From Squalus acanthias (lineage: Eukaryota), in NCBI GenBank assembly GCA_030390025.1, contig CM059442.1:1860001-1924000 (forward strand): 64,000 nt of DNA, written 5' to 3'. The translations under genes were made by a program, and so were the position numbers. The notes beneath the pieces are model-generated. The model was not told where the DNA came from, searched no databases, and worked only from the letters and a program-made list of their open reading frames with translations. Shown piece after piece: positions 26,095 through 38,062 of this stretch; the first letter of the stretch is position 1; each line of letters opens with the position of its first letter.

Positions 26095-26845
26095 GATGGG
26101 AAAACACATGGCAGATGGAAGTTAACGCGGAGAAGTGTAACGTGATATATTTTGTTGGGACGAATGAGGAGAGGCAATATGAACGAAATAGTACAATTTT
26201 AAACGGGTGCATGAACAGAGAGACCTGGAGGTGTATGTGGACAAATCTTTGAAGGTGGCAGGACACGGCTGTTAAAAAGCACATGGGATGCTTGGCTTTA
26301 TCAGTAGAGGAATAGAGAAGAAAAGTCAATAAGTAATGCTAAATTTTCATAAAACACTGGTTAGCCTCAGCGGGAGTATTGTTTTGAATTATGGGCATAC
26401 GCTTTGGGCAAAATGGCAAGGCTTTGGAGAGGGTGCAGTGGAGATTTCTAGAATGGTAGCAGGGTTAAGGGATAAAAGTTATGTGGAGAGATTGGAGATC
26501 CTGGGATTGTTCTCGTTAGCGCAGAGACGATTAACGGGAGAATTAATAGAGATATTCCAAAACATGAAGGGGTTTGATAGAGCAAGTAGGGAAACTATTT
26601 CCTCTGACAACCGGAATGGTAACCAGACATCATAGTTGTAATATATATTGGTGCACAGGCGGTTGTTAAGTGGAGGAACGAGTTACCTAAAAAGGTAGTA
26701 GAGTCAGATTCGACTTCAAAAAGCAATTGGACATTTATTGGAAGAGAACTAAGTTGCAGGGTTCTGGCAAAACGCTGGGGTGAGGGATAAAAAGCCGGCA
26801 TAGGCACGACATTACAATTAGCCCCTGTTGTGCTGTAATATTCAA
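26095..26845 (+). mobile_element. Degenerate CR1 3' fragment
   Basis: SYVERLEILGLFSLAQRRLTGELIE translation. Confidence 0.75.
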
Positions 26846-27111
26846 TGATTTTAACCCCTCCATAATGTTCAAGGCCTACATGAGCTTTCCTCTCTGTCTA
26901 CTTTTTCCAACAACGAAGAGGCCAAATAATTCCACAAGTCTTCATTCTCATTTCGCCTTTCTCTGTTCTCGGAGTGACGAGGCCAGAATTCTTCTCTTCA
27001 CCCACAGTTGCATCAGCTGCTCCTGCTTCAGCACAGATCTGGAACACAAAGGGAAATTGGAAAGGTAAGGCTCCCAATCCGTCTCTCCTTCAATGCCGCA
27101 AAGCATCGGTT

Positions 27112-27182
27112 GTGGGTGCAGCTCAGTGGTAGAGCGCATGCTTCGCATCTGCGAGGTGCCGGGTTCAATCCCTAACCCCCCA
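27112..27182 (+). tRNA. tRNA-Ala(CGC)-like gene, probably a pseudogene
   Basis: GTGGGTGCAGCTCAGTGGTAGAGCGCATGCTTCGCATCTGCGAGGTGCCGGGTTCAATCCCTAACCCCCCA. Boxes A and B are intact and the anticodon is CGC, but the stems have mismatches. A T-run lies ~10 nt downstream. Confidence 0.85.
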
Positions 27183-27570
27183 AAATGTAAATTTTTCGCC
27201 ATAGTTTTCTGCAAAATGTTGTGTTTTGAGTTTCAACATCTGAGACATCGATGAAACGTTTCTTCAATTTCTTAAAATCTAATGACCGCGGCATGCTTAC
27301 TGCCACTCTCACACACACCATCGCTAAGCCGCTTACCCGTTCGCCATTCCAAACTTCCCGTTTGAAAATTCCCTGTGCTCCCATCCGATCATAGAGTCAT
27401 ATATTCATAAGGGCAGAGGAGGCCATTTTGCCCATCGAGACAGTGCCGGCTCTCTGTAGAGCAATCCAGTCAGTCCCATTCCCCCGCTCTATCCCCGTAG
27501 CGTTGCAAATTTATTTCCCACAAGTGCCGATCCAGTCTCCCCTTGAAAACATTGAGTGTCTCCGCTTCCT

Positions 27571-28385
27571 TCGTTCATCTTTTTAGACATCCCTCGGAAC
27601 CGAGGATGACTTGATCCCCACTAGAAATGAGATCTCAGGTGAATGATGAGTCCAATGCGGAACCTACAGTCTCTGTCACAGGTGGGGCAGGCGGTGGTTG
27701 AAGGGGCGGATCGGTGAAGTGCTTGGGTTGACGTGCGCTCCTTGCGCTTGGCTTCCGTTTGCTCCTGGCGAAGAGACTCGAGGTGTTCGGCGCCTTCCCG
27801 GATGCTTCTCCTCCACTTTGTGCGATCTTGGGCCAGGGATTCCCAGGTGTCGGTGGGGATGTACCACTTTTTCAAGGAGGCTTTGTGGCTTTCCTTGAAG
27901 CGTTTCCTCTGCCCAACTTGGGCTCTCTTGCCGCGTCGGAGCTCCGAGTAGAGCGCTTGTTTTGGGAGTCTCGTATCGGTCATGCCGACGATGTGGCCCG
28001 TCCATCGGAGCTGATTGAGCGTGGTCATAGCTTCGATGCAGGGGAAGTTGGCCTGAGCGAGATCACTGACGTTGGTGCGCCTATCCTGCTATTGGATTTG
28101 TAGGTTCTTGCGGAGGCTGCATTGCTGGTACCTCTCCAGCGCTCTGAGGTGACTGCTTCACATCGTCCATGTCTTTTAATCAAACAGGAGGGCATGTATC
28201 ACTACTGCTCTGAAGACCATGAGCTTGGTGCTGGGTTTGTGTCCTGGTCTTCAAAAACTCTCTTACTCAGGCGGCCGAAGGCTGCACTGGCACACTGAAG
28301 GCCGTGCTGAACTTTGTCATCGACGTCTGCCATAGTCGACAGTAGGTCCCCGAGGTATGGAAGATGGTCCACTAGTTCCACCATT
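27571..28385 (-). mobile_element. RTE-clade LINE 3' fragment
   Basis: YLGDLLS, QLRWTGHIVGM..TRLPKQALYSEL, GQRKRFK and a C-terminal CPTC...HLRSH zinc finger. Confidence 0.9.
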
Positions 28386-28850
28386 TCCTTCGCAGCAAAT
28401 TCCAGGTCTTCAACTCACGCTGCGTGAAAAAAAAAATTCGACACGTCCCTCCTGTGTTTCTTGCCAAATACCTTAAATCTGTGTCCCCTAGTACTGGTAC
28501 CAGCAGCACAATCATGACGGGGCGAATGGCTCCTGCTGTGCTGTAAGATTCTGTGATTATATGTTTGTAATCGCTTCATAATATTAAAGATCTCCATGAG
28601 GTCACCTCTTAGTCTCCTCTTTCCCTGAGGGAAGATCCCAAGAAGACCCCCATGTCTTCCTTCTCAACGGCACTTTTCAGTTAACTGACAGCCGAGCTCT
28701 GGTTTCTTCTCTTCACCCACACTTGTATCAGGTGCACATACTTCAGTCCATAATTGGAGCACAAATGGAGATCATTTTAAGAATTAAGAAGCCGTTAAGA
28801 GTGTAAGGAACTCAGTCCTTCTGGCCTTGATGTCATTAGCATTGTGTCCC

Positions 28851-28902
28851 GAGCATGTAGCTCAGTGGTATGCGAGCCTAAATTCAATCCCCGGCACCTC
28901 CT
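28851..28902 (+). pseudogene. Internally deleted tRNA-Ala remnant
   Basis: atgtagctcagtggta (5' half) is fused to ttcaatccccggcacctcc (3' half). The upstream flank is homologous to that of the 27112 copy. Confidence 0.7.
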
Positions 28903-29316
28903 TGCATTTGTTTTAACCACAGTTGCTGAAAGTTGATTTATGAGGGCAGCAGGTTCCAACATCTGTGGCTACAGAAACATTCAATTGGCAGGAGCTGGTC
29001 TTCACCCCTGAGTCCCAGACTGACCGGATTGTGTGACGTCACAATGCTGAGCGAGCAGCCACTGCTCTTGTTCCTGTTTGACTCAATGTGGTTCTTCCCT
29101 CCTCACTTTCTGATTCAGAGATCGGATTTCATTATGGAAACTGAACCTTCGCCATTGCATTTATGCCACAGACCTGTTTTTGAAATGTTCAAAGAGGAGC
29201 AGAAACCTTGTGAACAGAAAACGATTTAAAAGCAGTGAGCCCTCGGCATCGCAGGGCAGCTGGTTTTCGGTGAGAGACAATAGAAATTACATCCACAATT
29301 TGCAGCATAAAGTGGT

Positions 29317-29389
29317 TGGAGAGGCTTAAGATTAGAACACGTGATCTCGTACATTCAAAGCATGCGCTCTAACACTGAGCGACATCCCC
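29317..29389 (-). pseudogene. tRNA-Ala(TGC)-derived pseudogene, anticodon now TGA
   Basis: Minus strand: GGGGATGTCGCTCAGTGTTAGAGCGCATGCTTTGAATGTACGAGATCACGTGTTCTAATCTTAAGCCTCTCCA. The T arm is degenerate. Confidence 0.85.
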
Positions 29390-30199
29390 ACTGACTGCTT
29401 AGCACGCAAACTTTGGACAGAGAGAGCAGCGCTACTGTCTGAGGGCTGCTGTTTGCTTCTTTGAGCGCCTCTCCCGCAGACTCATCGCCTCCAATCCTTT
29501 AATTATACCGCAGCAGGACTTGATCTCAGGCTCCTGGAAACAGCTCAGTTCACGAAGCCTGGACCAACAACTTGTAGTGCCGGAATATGTGACGGTGTCC
29601 ACGGCGAGCGAGCCGCCCCTCTTTTTCCTCATTGGCTCCCTGTGATTTGTCCTCCCACTTTCTGAATCACAGTTCAAATTTCAGCCCAGTCTTCAGATCT
29701 CACTTTTGCAAGGCCGCTGACCGCTGCTCCACACAAAGTTTGTAATTTACCTTTGGGCGCGAGTGTAAAATGTGCGATATCGGCTTAGCCGCCCCTTAGA
29801 GGAAATATTTGGACGGGAAAGAGGGCGGAAAGTATGGCCTTTTAGGGCGCTTTAGGGGGAAAGGTATTGCCACCCTGTTTCAGTAGAAAGAAAAAATAAA
29901 GACTTCCATTTCACGACATCAGTACTAACTTTACAGTCAATGAAGTACGTTTTGAAATGCAGTCACTGTTGCAATGTCGGAAACGCGGCATCCAATTTTG
30001 CACAGCAAGGTCCCAGAAATAGCAATGTCATAATGTCGAGATGATCTGTTTTAATGATGTTGGTTGAGAGATAAACAATGTCCAGAACACCGGGGAGTAC
30101 TCCGCTGCGATTTAACTAATAGTGCCACGGGAAACTTTATGTCTACCGGAGAGGGTTGGCGGGGCCTCGGTTTAACATCTCATCCAATTTTGGTCTTCT

Positions 30200-30585
30200 T
30201 ATCTGAGCAAGGAGATACTTGCCTTTGGAGCATCGCAACGAAGGGTTAATAGATTCATTCCTGTGATGGGTAGGTTGTGTTGATTGAGCCTGTACTCTCT
30301 GGTGTTTAGAAGAATGAGAGGTGATCTCATTGAAACAAATACAATTCTGAGGGGGATTGACAGGGCAGATGTTAAGATGTTGTTACTCAAGGCTGGTGAG
30401 TCCAGAAATAGGGAACATATTCTCAGGATAAGTGGTCGGTCATTTAAGATTGAGATGAGGAGAAATATCTTCATTCAGATGGCTTTGAATCTTTGGAATT
30501 CTCTACCCCAGAGGGCTGTGGATGCTGAATGGTTGAGCATATTCAAGGCTGAGCTGCATTGATTTTTGGACTCTAGGGGAATCAA
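30200..30585 (+). mobile_element. CR1 3' fragment
   Basis: LYSLVFRRMRGDLIET...NLWNSLPQRAV. Confidence 0.85.
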
Positions 30586-31439
30586 ACAAAATATATCGTC
30601 TCATATGTCTCGATCTCGATTTCTTTCTGATTACTTTCCTGTGAGCCGCCTTGGACCGTTTTACTATGTTAAGGAAAGGATATTAATGCAAGTTGTTGTT
30701 GTTGAACTTTCCAATCTCATGGGGCCTTGTGGTAAATACACAAACACCACTACTGTGTCAATAGACTTCTGTGAAACTGTAATGCATTTATTCAGATATT
30801 GCAAGCATTCATTGCTGTACGATCAAACGCGTATGATCTTATAAAGTTATTAAATCATCTTCAGTGCCATTAACAGTAATAATTATTTCCTGCAACAAAA
30901 CATCACCCGGGCGGAGCGCAGAGAGTAAAATCTGGCGGGGCAGCGGGGAATCGCACAGTTTTAACAGAATAAAACCCCTTTACTATCAATGAAAGGAAAG
31001 TCAATCCCGTTCCTCAAGTTGCGCCCGATTTTCCGCACCATATTTACCTTTCGCTGCTACGCTCAGGTGAAAATTAACGCCCAGTCAGTAAAAGCAAAAA
31101 CAAATTTTACACTAATTTATTTAGAGCCGATGTCACTTCCTGGAGCAAACTCCAGCAGTAAAGGAGATGGCAAAGATGCTCATGATGTTTACTAATCTAT
31201 TCTAATTTCCCCAAAGTGAGATCCGTTCTGCAATGTGCAAGCTTAGTAAGAAGGTTTATTTTATTAAAGTTCCGCTTCTACCCTCCTGCTGCATGGTGGG
31301 TCCGAAAGTATTCGCAAAATTGTGCAACCCCCAATCTCGTGGTTAATCGATTATTCAAATTCATTGACTGAGGGCCAAGCTTGCATTTTGCGGCCGGCTA
31401 CGCAGAAGCAGCGATTCAGTCACAATTATCTCAAGGAAC

Positions 31440-32035
31440 ATGGAAAAAAAGGATGGAATTTAAGAATGAGTTGTCCAAATCCTTGGTGAGACCCAATCTG
31501 GAATACTGCGGTTAGTTCAGGGCACCGTAATTCTGGAAAAATACATTGGCTTTGGGGGTGGTGAAGAGCAGATTCCTCAAAATGATACCGGGGATTAGAG
31601 GGTTAAATTCTGAGGACAGTTTGCATTGACTTGGATTGTTTTCCCTTGAGTGCAGGAGATTATTGTGTAAATTAATCATGGCCCTTAAATGTTTAAACTA
31701 TCTGATAGGTTGTATACAGTTAAGCTATTTTTTCTGGTAATTAAATTTTTCACAATCTAATCTTAAAATTAGAGTTAGGCCGCGCAGAAGCAAATTCAGG
31801 AAGCACACTTTCACACAAAATTTGTAGAAATTTGGAACTTTACCCGCATAAAGGCACGGTGTGCTGGGGGACAATAGGAGATTTCGAGATTGAGAATGAA
31901 CATTTTTTTTTAGATCAGGGTATCAAATGATTGGGCGGAATCCGGGTAAATGGAGTTGAGGTTCAGATCAAACAGGATCTCATTCCATAGAGAAGATCGA
32001 GGGGCTGAATGTCCTGCTCCTGGTTACCATGTTCC
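31440..32035 (+). mobile_element. Highly degenerate CR1 3' fragment
   Basis: ccttggtgagacccaatctggaatactg matches the RPHLEYC region, followed by a CR1-like 3' UTR (gaggggctgaatgtcctgctcctg). Confidence 0.7.
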
Positions 32036-34287
32036 AAAATGGTCGTTTAAACTATGTGCAAATTAAACTAAATACAAGGAGTGGGGTCGGACATTTCTCT
32101 CAGATAACATTTCTATAGATGGCTATTTGCAAACACAAAGTTTCTCTGGATAATATTGGAATGGGTGAAATGCTGATGACCATTACATTGACCGGCACTG
32201 TTGAGATGGGCGAGCCTGGTGTCCGGGAGACCTGCAAATGTGCTACAGCTTCACCGCTGCGTAAATGATGGAGTCCTCACCGAGGATTATGACGGTGTCT
32301 CGCTGACGCTGAAATGAACGGTGCAATTGGTCAGAAATTCAATCGAACAACTACACCCTGGTAACAGTTCAGTGAAATTCTATCAGCAGATGCTTCGCGG
32401 CAGAAGCCGAAAATGTCAAAAGCGGCGTTGTTCCATTGAGCAGTGGTTAACGGGGAATATTCCGCTGCTCTAAATGGTATTAACTGTCTGCTGAGAGTTA
32501 CATTTTCAGCTGAAGTCATCACCTCAGGTAATGCTGTTTGTTTAAAAGCAAGAAGGGACACTCGAGCAGCAGCAGGCAAACAGGAGATGCTGGAAACAGA
32601 GAGCGGGAGGAACTTTCTACTTGATCAGAGGCGCTAAAGGGGCGATAAGGGTTCGGCCACCGGTCACATTGATTTCGATGCATAGGGAAATTGGGAGGGT
32701 TTACAATAGACGGCTGAATCCAGATCACCGTTTTCGCCCACTCTAACTCAAAGTTTCCAGCGGCTATTTCTGACTGCATCAGAAAATGAAGGGACAACTT
32801 AACATTACAGGCGGATACAAGGATGGTGGGTGTAAGACCTGGAAACCGCACGCCGGTTCAGTGGAGAAATTGAAAATATTCTTGTTTACATCACAATGCT
32901 CTGCATATTCCACACATTAACCAAGAGTTAAACTGTAACTGCTGTACACTGTCCAGATTCGGTTGTATAGGAGTCTATTTGCAGCTGCATTCGTGGTAAT
33001 TGAACTCTGACATTTCCCTTCAGTTCCTATTACGGGAGCAAATCTACGCCTCAACCCACAAAGATTCGTGTTCTATTGGAAAAAAATTGTTCAATCCGCT
33101 TAGAGAAACACATATCCGTTCACTATTCTTTATTGGAAATTTTTCTGTCGCCGTTTTAAGACCTGTTGAAGTGTGATCAAAAACGTATTTGGCCTCATGA
33201 ATATTAATTACTGGACAAGACAATTGTGACATATCAAAAGAACAAGAATTCTGTGAGAGAAAGCGACAACTTATTTGGAAACATATTTCCAGGAGCAGGA
33301 ATGAGCGAGATAAAATACAAAATCAATGGAAACAATAACGTCGCAGTGCATTTGTAACTTACAGCGTTTTCTCTCGGCAATGTTTGCAGATTAAGAATAG
33401 CATCTAAATAAAACAAAACACAAAAAAGGCTGGATTGATGTTTAAATACTAAAAGCATTTCCCTCTTTTATTAAAGATTTTTATGCCTATGGAGGTTTTG
33501 TTGATCATCATATGGATGGGACAGAATCTCCACTCTCAATAGTGGGAACCAGCTGGTCATTGACAACCACCAATGGGTATTTGACTACTGAATAGGAAGT
33601 GAATGGACCTCCTATGCTGAGCTTCCCTTCCCACTTACTCTCCTTCTCCAGGGAGTGGATGGTTTGGCAGAGGTTTCTCTCGACATGGGCAGTGGATATG
33701 CACTTTGTGACTTGATGTTTCTCGGAAAATCAGTGATGCAGCAATAGCTTGTCTATTATTGTATGTCCTGTGATCTCAATGAGTGCTAAACTGTATCGAT
33801 TGTTCAATATTAATGCATTTTTATCCATGATAATAATTTTAGCAATTTGAATAAGGAAATACTAAATTCCAAAATATTTACATGGCTTTTGATTATTAAC
33901 ATCATGCAGGCATCTTGCTACCTGTCAACACAATCTTACTTCCTGTTGTAAAGATTCTGTCATCCTTTTTGTTCAATCTTTTTTCATTATAATAACCTAT
34001 GTGAACATTTATGCTGGAAACATTCTGTGTAAATTTCTCACACTGTAGTTACACCGTCTCACCACTGGCGGCACTATAGCACATTAACCTGTACTGCAGA
34101 GGAAGATCGGTGCTCCATCCAACCCGATGTGTTTGCTTCACAATTTGGCAATGGTTTTGCAATTTCACGTTAAATAATAATAAAATGTGAAGTATTGTAC
34201 AAAATGGAAAGACTGCCAGCACTGGAATGTAATTATATCTGTGTACCCTGGTCCAGTAATCCACTACCCTAGAATAGCAAAAAGTGA

Positions 34288-34463
34288 AATGAGCGCACGT
34301 CAATCCAAGCACCCCACCAACCCGCCCCTTCAACCAACCTCTGCCCCACCTGTGACAGAGATTGTAGGTCCCGCATTGGACTCCTGAGTCACCTGAGAAC
34401 TCATTTATAGTGTGGAAGTAAGTCAACCTCAGTTCCGAGTGACTGCCTAAGAAGAAGAAGAAG
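34288..34463 (+). mobile_element. Short RTE 3' end
   Basis: Homologous to the reverse complement of ~27590-27740 (tgccccacctgtgacagaga) with a (GAA)n tail. Confidence 0.8.
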
Positions 34464-34958
34464 ACTCTGCAATACTGCACTTGAAATCCTTACATAGTCC
34501 GGACAACACGTGCCCAATGCGCTGCGAATTCGATGAGCAGTACAATAAAAATCTTATGTGTGCTCTTTATAAAAACGCACTTCCGATTGTTATCATTTGT
34601 CACACTTTTGCTTCACGTTGTCCATTTTAAATTATCTGCTCTATCACTTGCAGAATCAAAATCTGCCGATAGAAATTAGCCATGCTGTAATTACAGCTAT
34701 CCACCAGTGGTGGCGTGGTGCAACGTCTCAGCATGTTTGCAAAAACCTGTGATGCTATCACCGACTCTACTTGCTTCAGCATTAGCCAACTATTTTACTA
34801 CTTTACTGTAAATATATAAATATTTTGAACAACGCATGATCAGACTTCCTATTATAAACAAATAAGCACAGTGGGTCGGAAGTAAATAGGGGTTTGGTTT
34901 ACATCTATGTACCGGGGTCCAACAATCTCTTTCCGACTATCCTCTCTGCATCTGTTGA

Positions 34959-34982
34959 CTACACTCGCTCATCACTCCCTGT
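34959..34982 (-). CDS. Predicted last coding exon of Ig receptor gene B
   Basis: gatgtttcag|ACAGGGAGTGATGAGCGAGTGTAG encodes TGSDERV*. Phase 0, compatible with the preceding exon. Confidence 0.4.
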   Translation of the reverse strand, partial: TGSDERV

Positions 34983-35163
34983 CTGAAACATCACTTTAAT
35001 TGAATGATGAAAATATAAATTCGGAGTTTATTTTGATTCTTGGTCAGATTCACTAAATGTTTCAGAATGATTGACAGTATATGTGTTTCACAGTTGTGTT
35101 GCTAAATACAATAAAAAGTCTACAAACGGTTAATAGAAATGAAGTAATAACATTGTCTCATAC

Positions 35164-35178
35164 CTTTTCGTTAACAAG
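35164..35178 (-). CDS. Predicted 15-nt cytoplasmic micro-exon of gene B
   Basis: ttcctgttatcatttag|CTTGTTAACGAAAAG|gtatga encodes LVNEK, phase 0-0. Confidence 0.5.
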
Positions 35179-35247
35179 CTAAATGATAACAGGAATTCTG
35201 GTTGCACGAATACAAAACTGAACTTATATGTTATGGTCTCACTGCTT

Positions 35248-35266
35248 TGGTCACCAGGTGGCGCTG
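35248..35266 (+). promoter_or_regulatory. Candidate CTCF site
   Basis: TGGTCACCAGGTGGCGCTG is a near-consensus CTCF motif. Confidence 0.55.
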
Positions 35267-35575
35267 TGTTCCTTAAAACAACATACATCGTCAATCAATC
35301 ATTTTATTTTCGATGGCACAGGTCATTAAATTCTTGAGAAAGTTGTTGATTGGATTTCAGACATGGATCCCGTGTTCTATGTAGAAGTGTCTCTCTGCCC
35401 ACATCCTGGAACATGTGTTTATCCAACGGTTCCCAGGACAGGTTATTCCTTGGAATGTTACTTTATTACCCTTGAACTAATGATTTGTTTGACGCCTAGG
35501 GCGATGAATGAGGACCTATCTCCTACTCTCCCCATGTGGAGCGGCACCGTTAAATAGTTTGTGAATATTTCCTAC

Positions 35576-35615
35576 CGTTGGATAATCTTTTTTGTCGCGC
35601 ACAGTTTCCATTGGG
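35576..35615 (-). CDS. Predicted 40-nt cytoplasmic exon of gene B
   Basis: ttcttatttttag|CCCAATGG...TATCCAACG|gtagga. Phase 2-0, reading (C)PMETVRDKKDYPT. Confidence 0.6.
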
Positions 35616-35829
35616 CTAAAAATAAGAATTTGATGAAATCGTCACAAACGGTTTCGCGATATCGTTTCAGTGAGCACACAGAGGGATTTCTTCTCTCATT
35701 GACCTATCGTTAGTATGGGATCCAAGATGAGAAAGGCTATAGCTTAATGAGATATTGAATAATAACACATTTAAAGGGATTTAGAGCAGATGCAAGCAAA
35801 ATGATTGAAGTAAGTGAAACCTGCCTGGA

Positions 35830-37720
35830 TTAGTGTTTGATTGTGTTTGAATGTGTGTGATTGTGTGTGTGTTTGTGTGTGTGTCTATGTGTGTGTCTGT
35901 GTGTTGTAATATGAACGTGTGTTTGAGTGTTTGTCTGTGTGTTTTAACATGAGTGTGTGTCTGTGTGTTTTAATATGAGGGTGTGTTTGAGTGTGTTTAT
36001 GTGTGCTTTAATATGTGTGTGTGTTTGAGTATGTGTGTGTTTTAACGTGAGTGAGTGTTTGAGTGTGTGTATGTGTGCTTTAATATGTGTGTGTGTTTGA
36101 GTATGTGTGTGTTTTAACGTGAGTGAGTGTTTGAGTGTGTTTATGTGTGCTTTAATATGTGTGTGTGTTTGAGTATGTGTGTGTTTTAACGTGAGTGAGT
36201 GTTTGAGTGTGTGTATGTGTGCTTTAATATGAGTGTGTGTTTGCGTGTGTGTGTGTGTGTGTTTTAATATGAGTGGGTGTTTGAGTGTGTGTGTGTTTTA
36301 ATATGAGTGTGTGTTTGACTGTGTGTGTGTGTGTTTTAATATGAGTGGGTGTTTGAGTGTGTGTGTGTGTTTTAACATGAGTGTGTGTTTGACTGTGTGT
36401 GTGTGCTTTAATATGAGTGTGTGTTTGAGTGTGTGTGTGTGTTTTAATATGAGTGTGTGTGTGTGTGTTTTAATATGAGTGGGTGTTTGAGTGTGTGTGT
36501 GTGCTTTAATATGAGTGTGTGTTTGCGTGTGTGTGTGTGTTTTAATATGAGTGTGTGTTTGAGTGTGTGTGTGAGTTTTAATATGAGTGGGTGTTTGAGT
36601 GTGTGTGTGTTTTAATATGAGTGTGTGTTTGACTGTGTGTGTGTGTGTTTTAATATGAGTGGGTGTTTGAGTGTGTGTGTGTGTTTTAACATGAGTGTGT
36701 GTTTGACTGTGTGTGTGTGTTTTAATATGAGTGGGTGTTTGAGTGTGTGTGTGTTTTAATATGAGTGTGTGTTTGACTGTGTGTGTGTGTGTTTTAATAT
36801 GAGTGGGTGTTTGAGTGTGTGTGTGTGTTTTAACATGAGTGTGTGTTTGACTGTGTGTGTGTGTTTTAATATGAGTGGGTGTTTGAGTGTGTGTGTGTGT
36901 TTTAATATGAGTGTGTGTTTGACTGTGTGTGTGTGCTTTAATATGAGTGTGTGTTTGAGTGTGTGTGTGAGTTTTAATATGAGTGTGTGTTTGAGTGTGT
37001 GTGTGAGTTTTAATATGAGTGGGTGTTTGAGTGTGTGTGTGTGTTTTAATATGAGTGGGTGTTTGAGTGTGTGTGTGTGTTTTAATATGAGTGTGTGTTT
37101 GAGTGTGTGTGTGAGTTTTAATATGAGTGTGTGTTTGAGTGTGTGTGTGAGTTTTAATATGAGTGTGTGTTTGAGTGTGTGTGTGTGTTTTAATATGAGT
37201 GTGTGTTTGAGTGTGTGTGTGAGTTTTAATATGAGTGTGTGTTTGAGTGTGTGTGTGAGTTTTAATATGAGTGTGTGTTTGAGTGTGTGTGTGTGTTTTA
37301 ATATGAGTGGGTGTTTGAGTGTGTGTGTGTTTTAATATGAGTGGGTGTTTGAGTGTGTGTGTGTGTTTTAACATGAGTGTGTATTTGACTGTGTGTGTGT
37401 GCTTTAATATGAGTTGTGTTTGCGTGTGTGTGTGTGTGTTTTAATATGAGTGGGTGTTTGAGTGTGTGTGTGTTTTAATATGAGTGTGTGTTTGACTGTG
37501 TGTGTGTGTTTTAATATGAGTGGGTGTTTGACTGTCTGTGTGTGCTTTAATATGAGTGTGTGTTTGCGTGTGCGTGTGCGTGTTTTAATATGAGTGGGTG
37601 TTTGAGTGTGTGTGTGTTTTAATATGAATGTGTGTTTGAGTGTGTGTCTGTGTGTTTTAACATGAGGGTGTGTGTTAGTGTGTGTATGTGTGCTTTAATA
37701 TGAGTGTGTGTTTGAGTGTG
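35830..37720. repeat. TG-rich minisatellite, ~28-32 bp unit (ttttaatatgagtgtgtgtttgagtgtgtg), ~60 copies
   Basis: Directly visible. The core is homogeneous and the edges degenerate. Confidence 0.98.
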
Positions 37721-38034
37721 AGTGTATGTTTTTGGTCGAGTGAATGTCTGTGTCTTTGACTGAACGTATGAGCATATATATGTGTTTGTGTGTGTGCATG
37801 TTTGTGATTATGTATACAAGTCTGTGTATATATGTATATGTATTTGTGAGTGTGTGTATGTATATACGTCTAATTGTGTGTTGGAGTGTGTGCGTGAGTG
37901 TGAGTGAGGAGCTTCTTTCTAATATGCAAATTAAGTCATGTATACAGGGTACAATATTTCCCGAACGTTTTGTTCTGAGCATTATCTTGGTCCAGTTTGG
38001 TTGAAATTGACAAAACAACACTTAATGTTCTTAC

Positions 38035-38062
38035 CACATTTCTCTTCTGCTTCTCCAATTCC
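38035..38062 (-). CDS. Predicted 28-nt first cytoplasmic exon of gene B
   Basis: cattttcttcttag|GGAATTGGAGAAGCAGAAGAGAAATGTG|gtaaga. Phase 1-2, reading (G)NWRSRREM. Confidence 0.7.

Noticed and set aside
34049-34480. 143-aa minus-strand ORF ending YRLMCYSAASGETV as a tyrosine-motif tail exon
   Set aside because: It is partly antisense RTE sequence, and I found no convincing acceptor in phase with the upstream exons.
36298-37374. 358-aa His/Thr-rich ORF and the opposite-strand Cys/Val-rich ORF
   Set aside because: Both are translations of the ~30-bp minisatellite.
35830-37720. Regular repeat as a possible CRISPR array
   Set aside because: There are no unique spacers or cas genes, and the context is eukaryotic.
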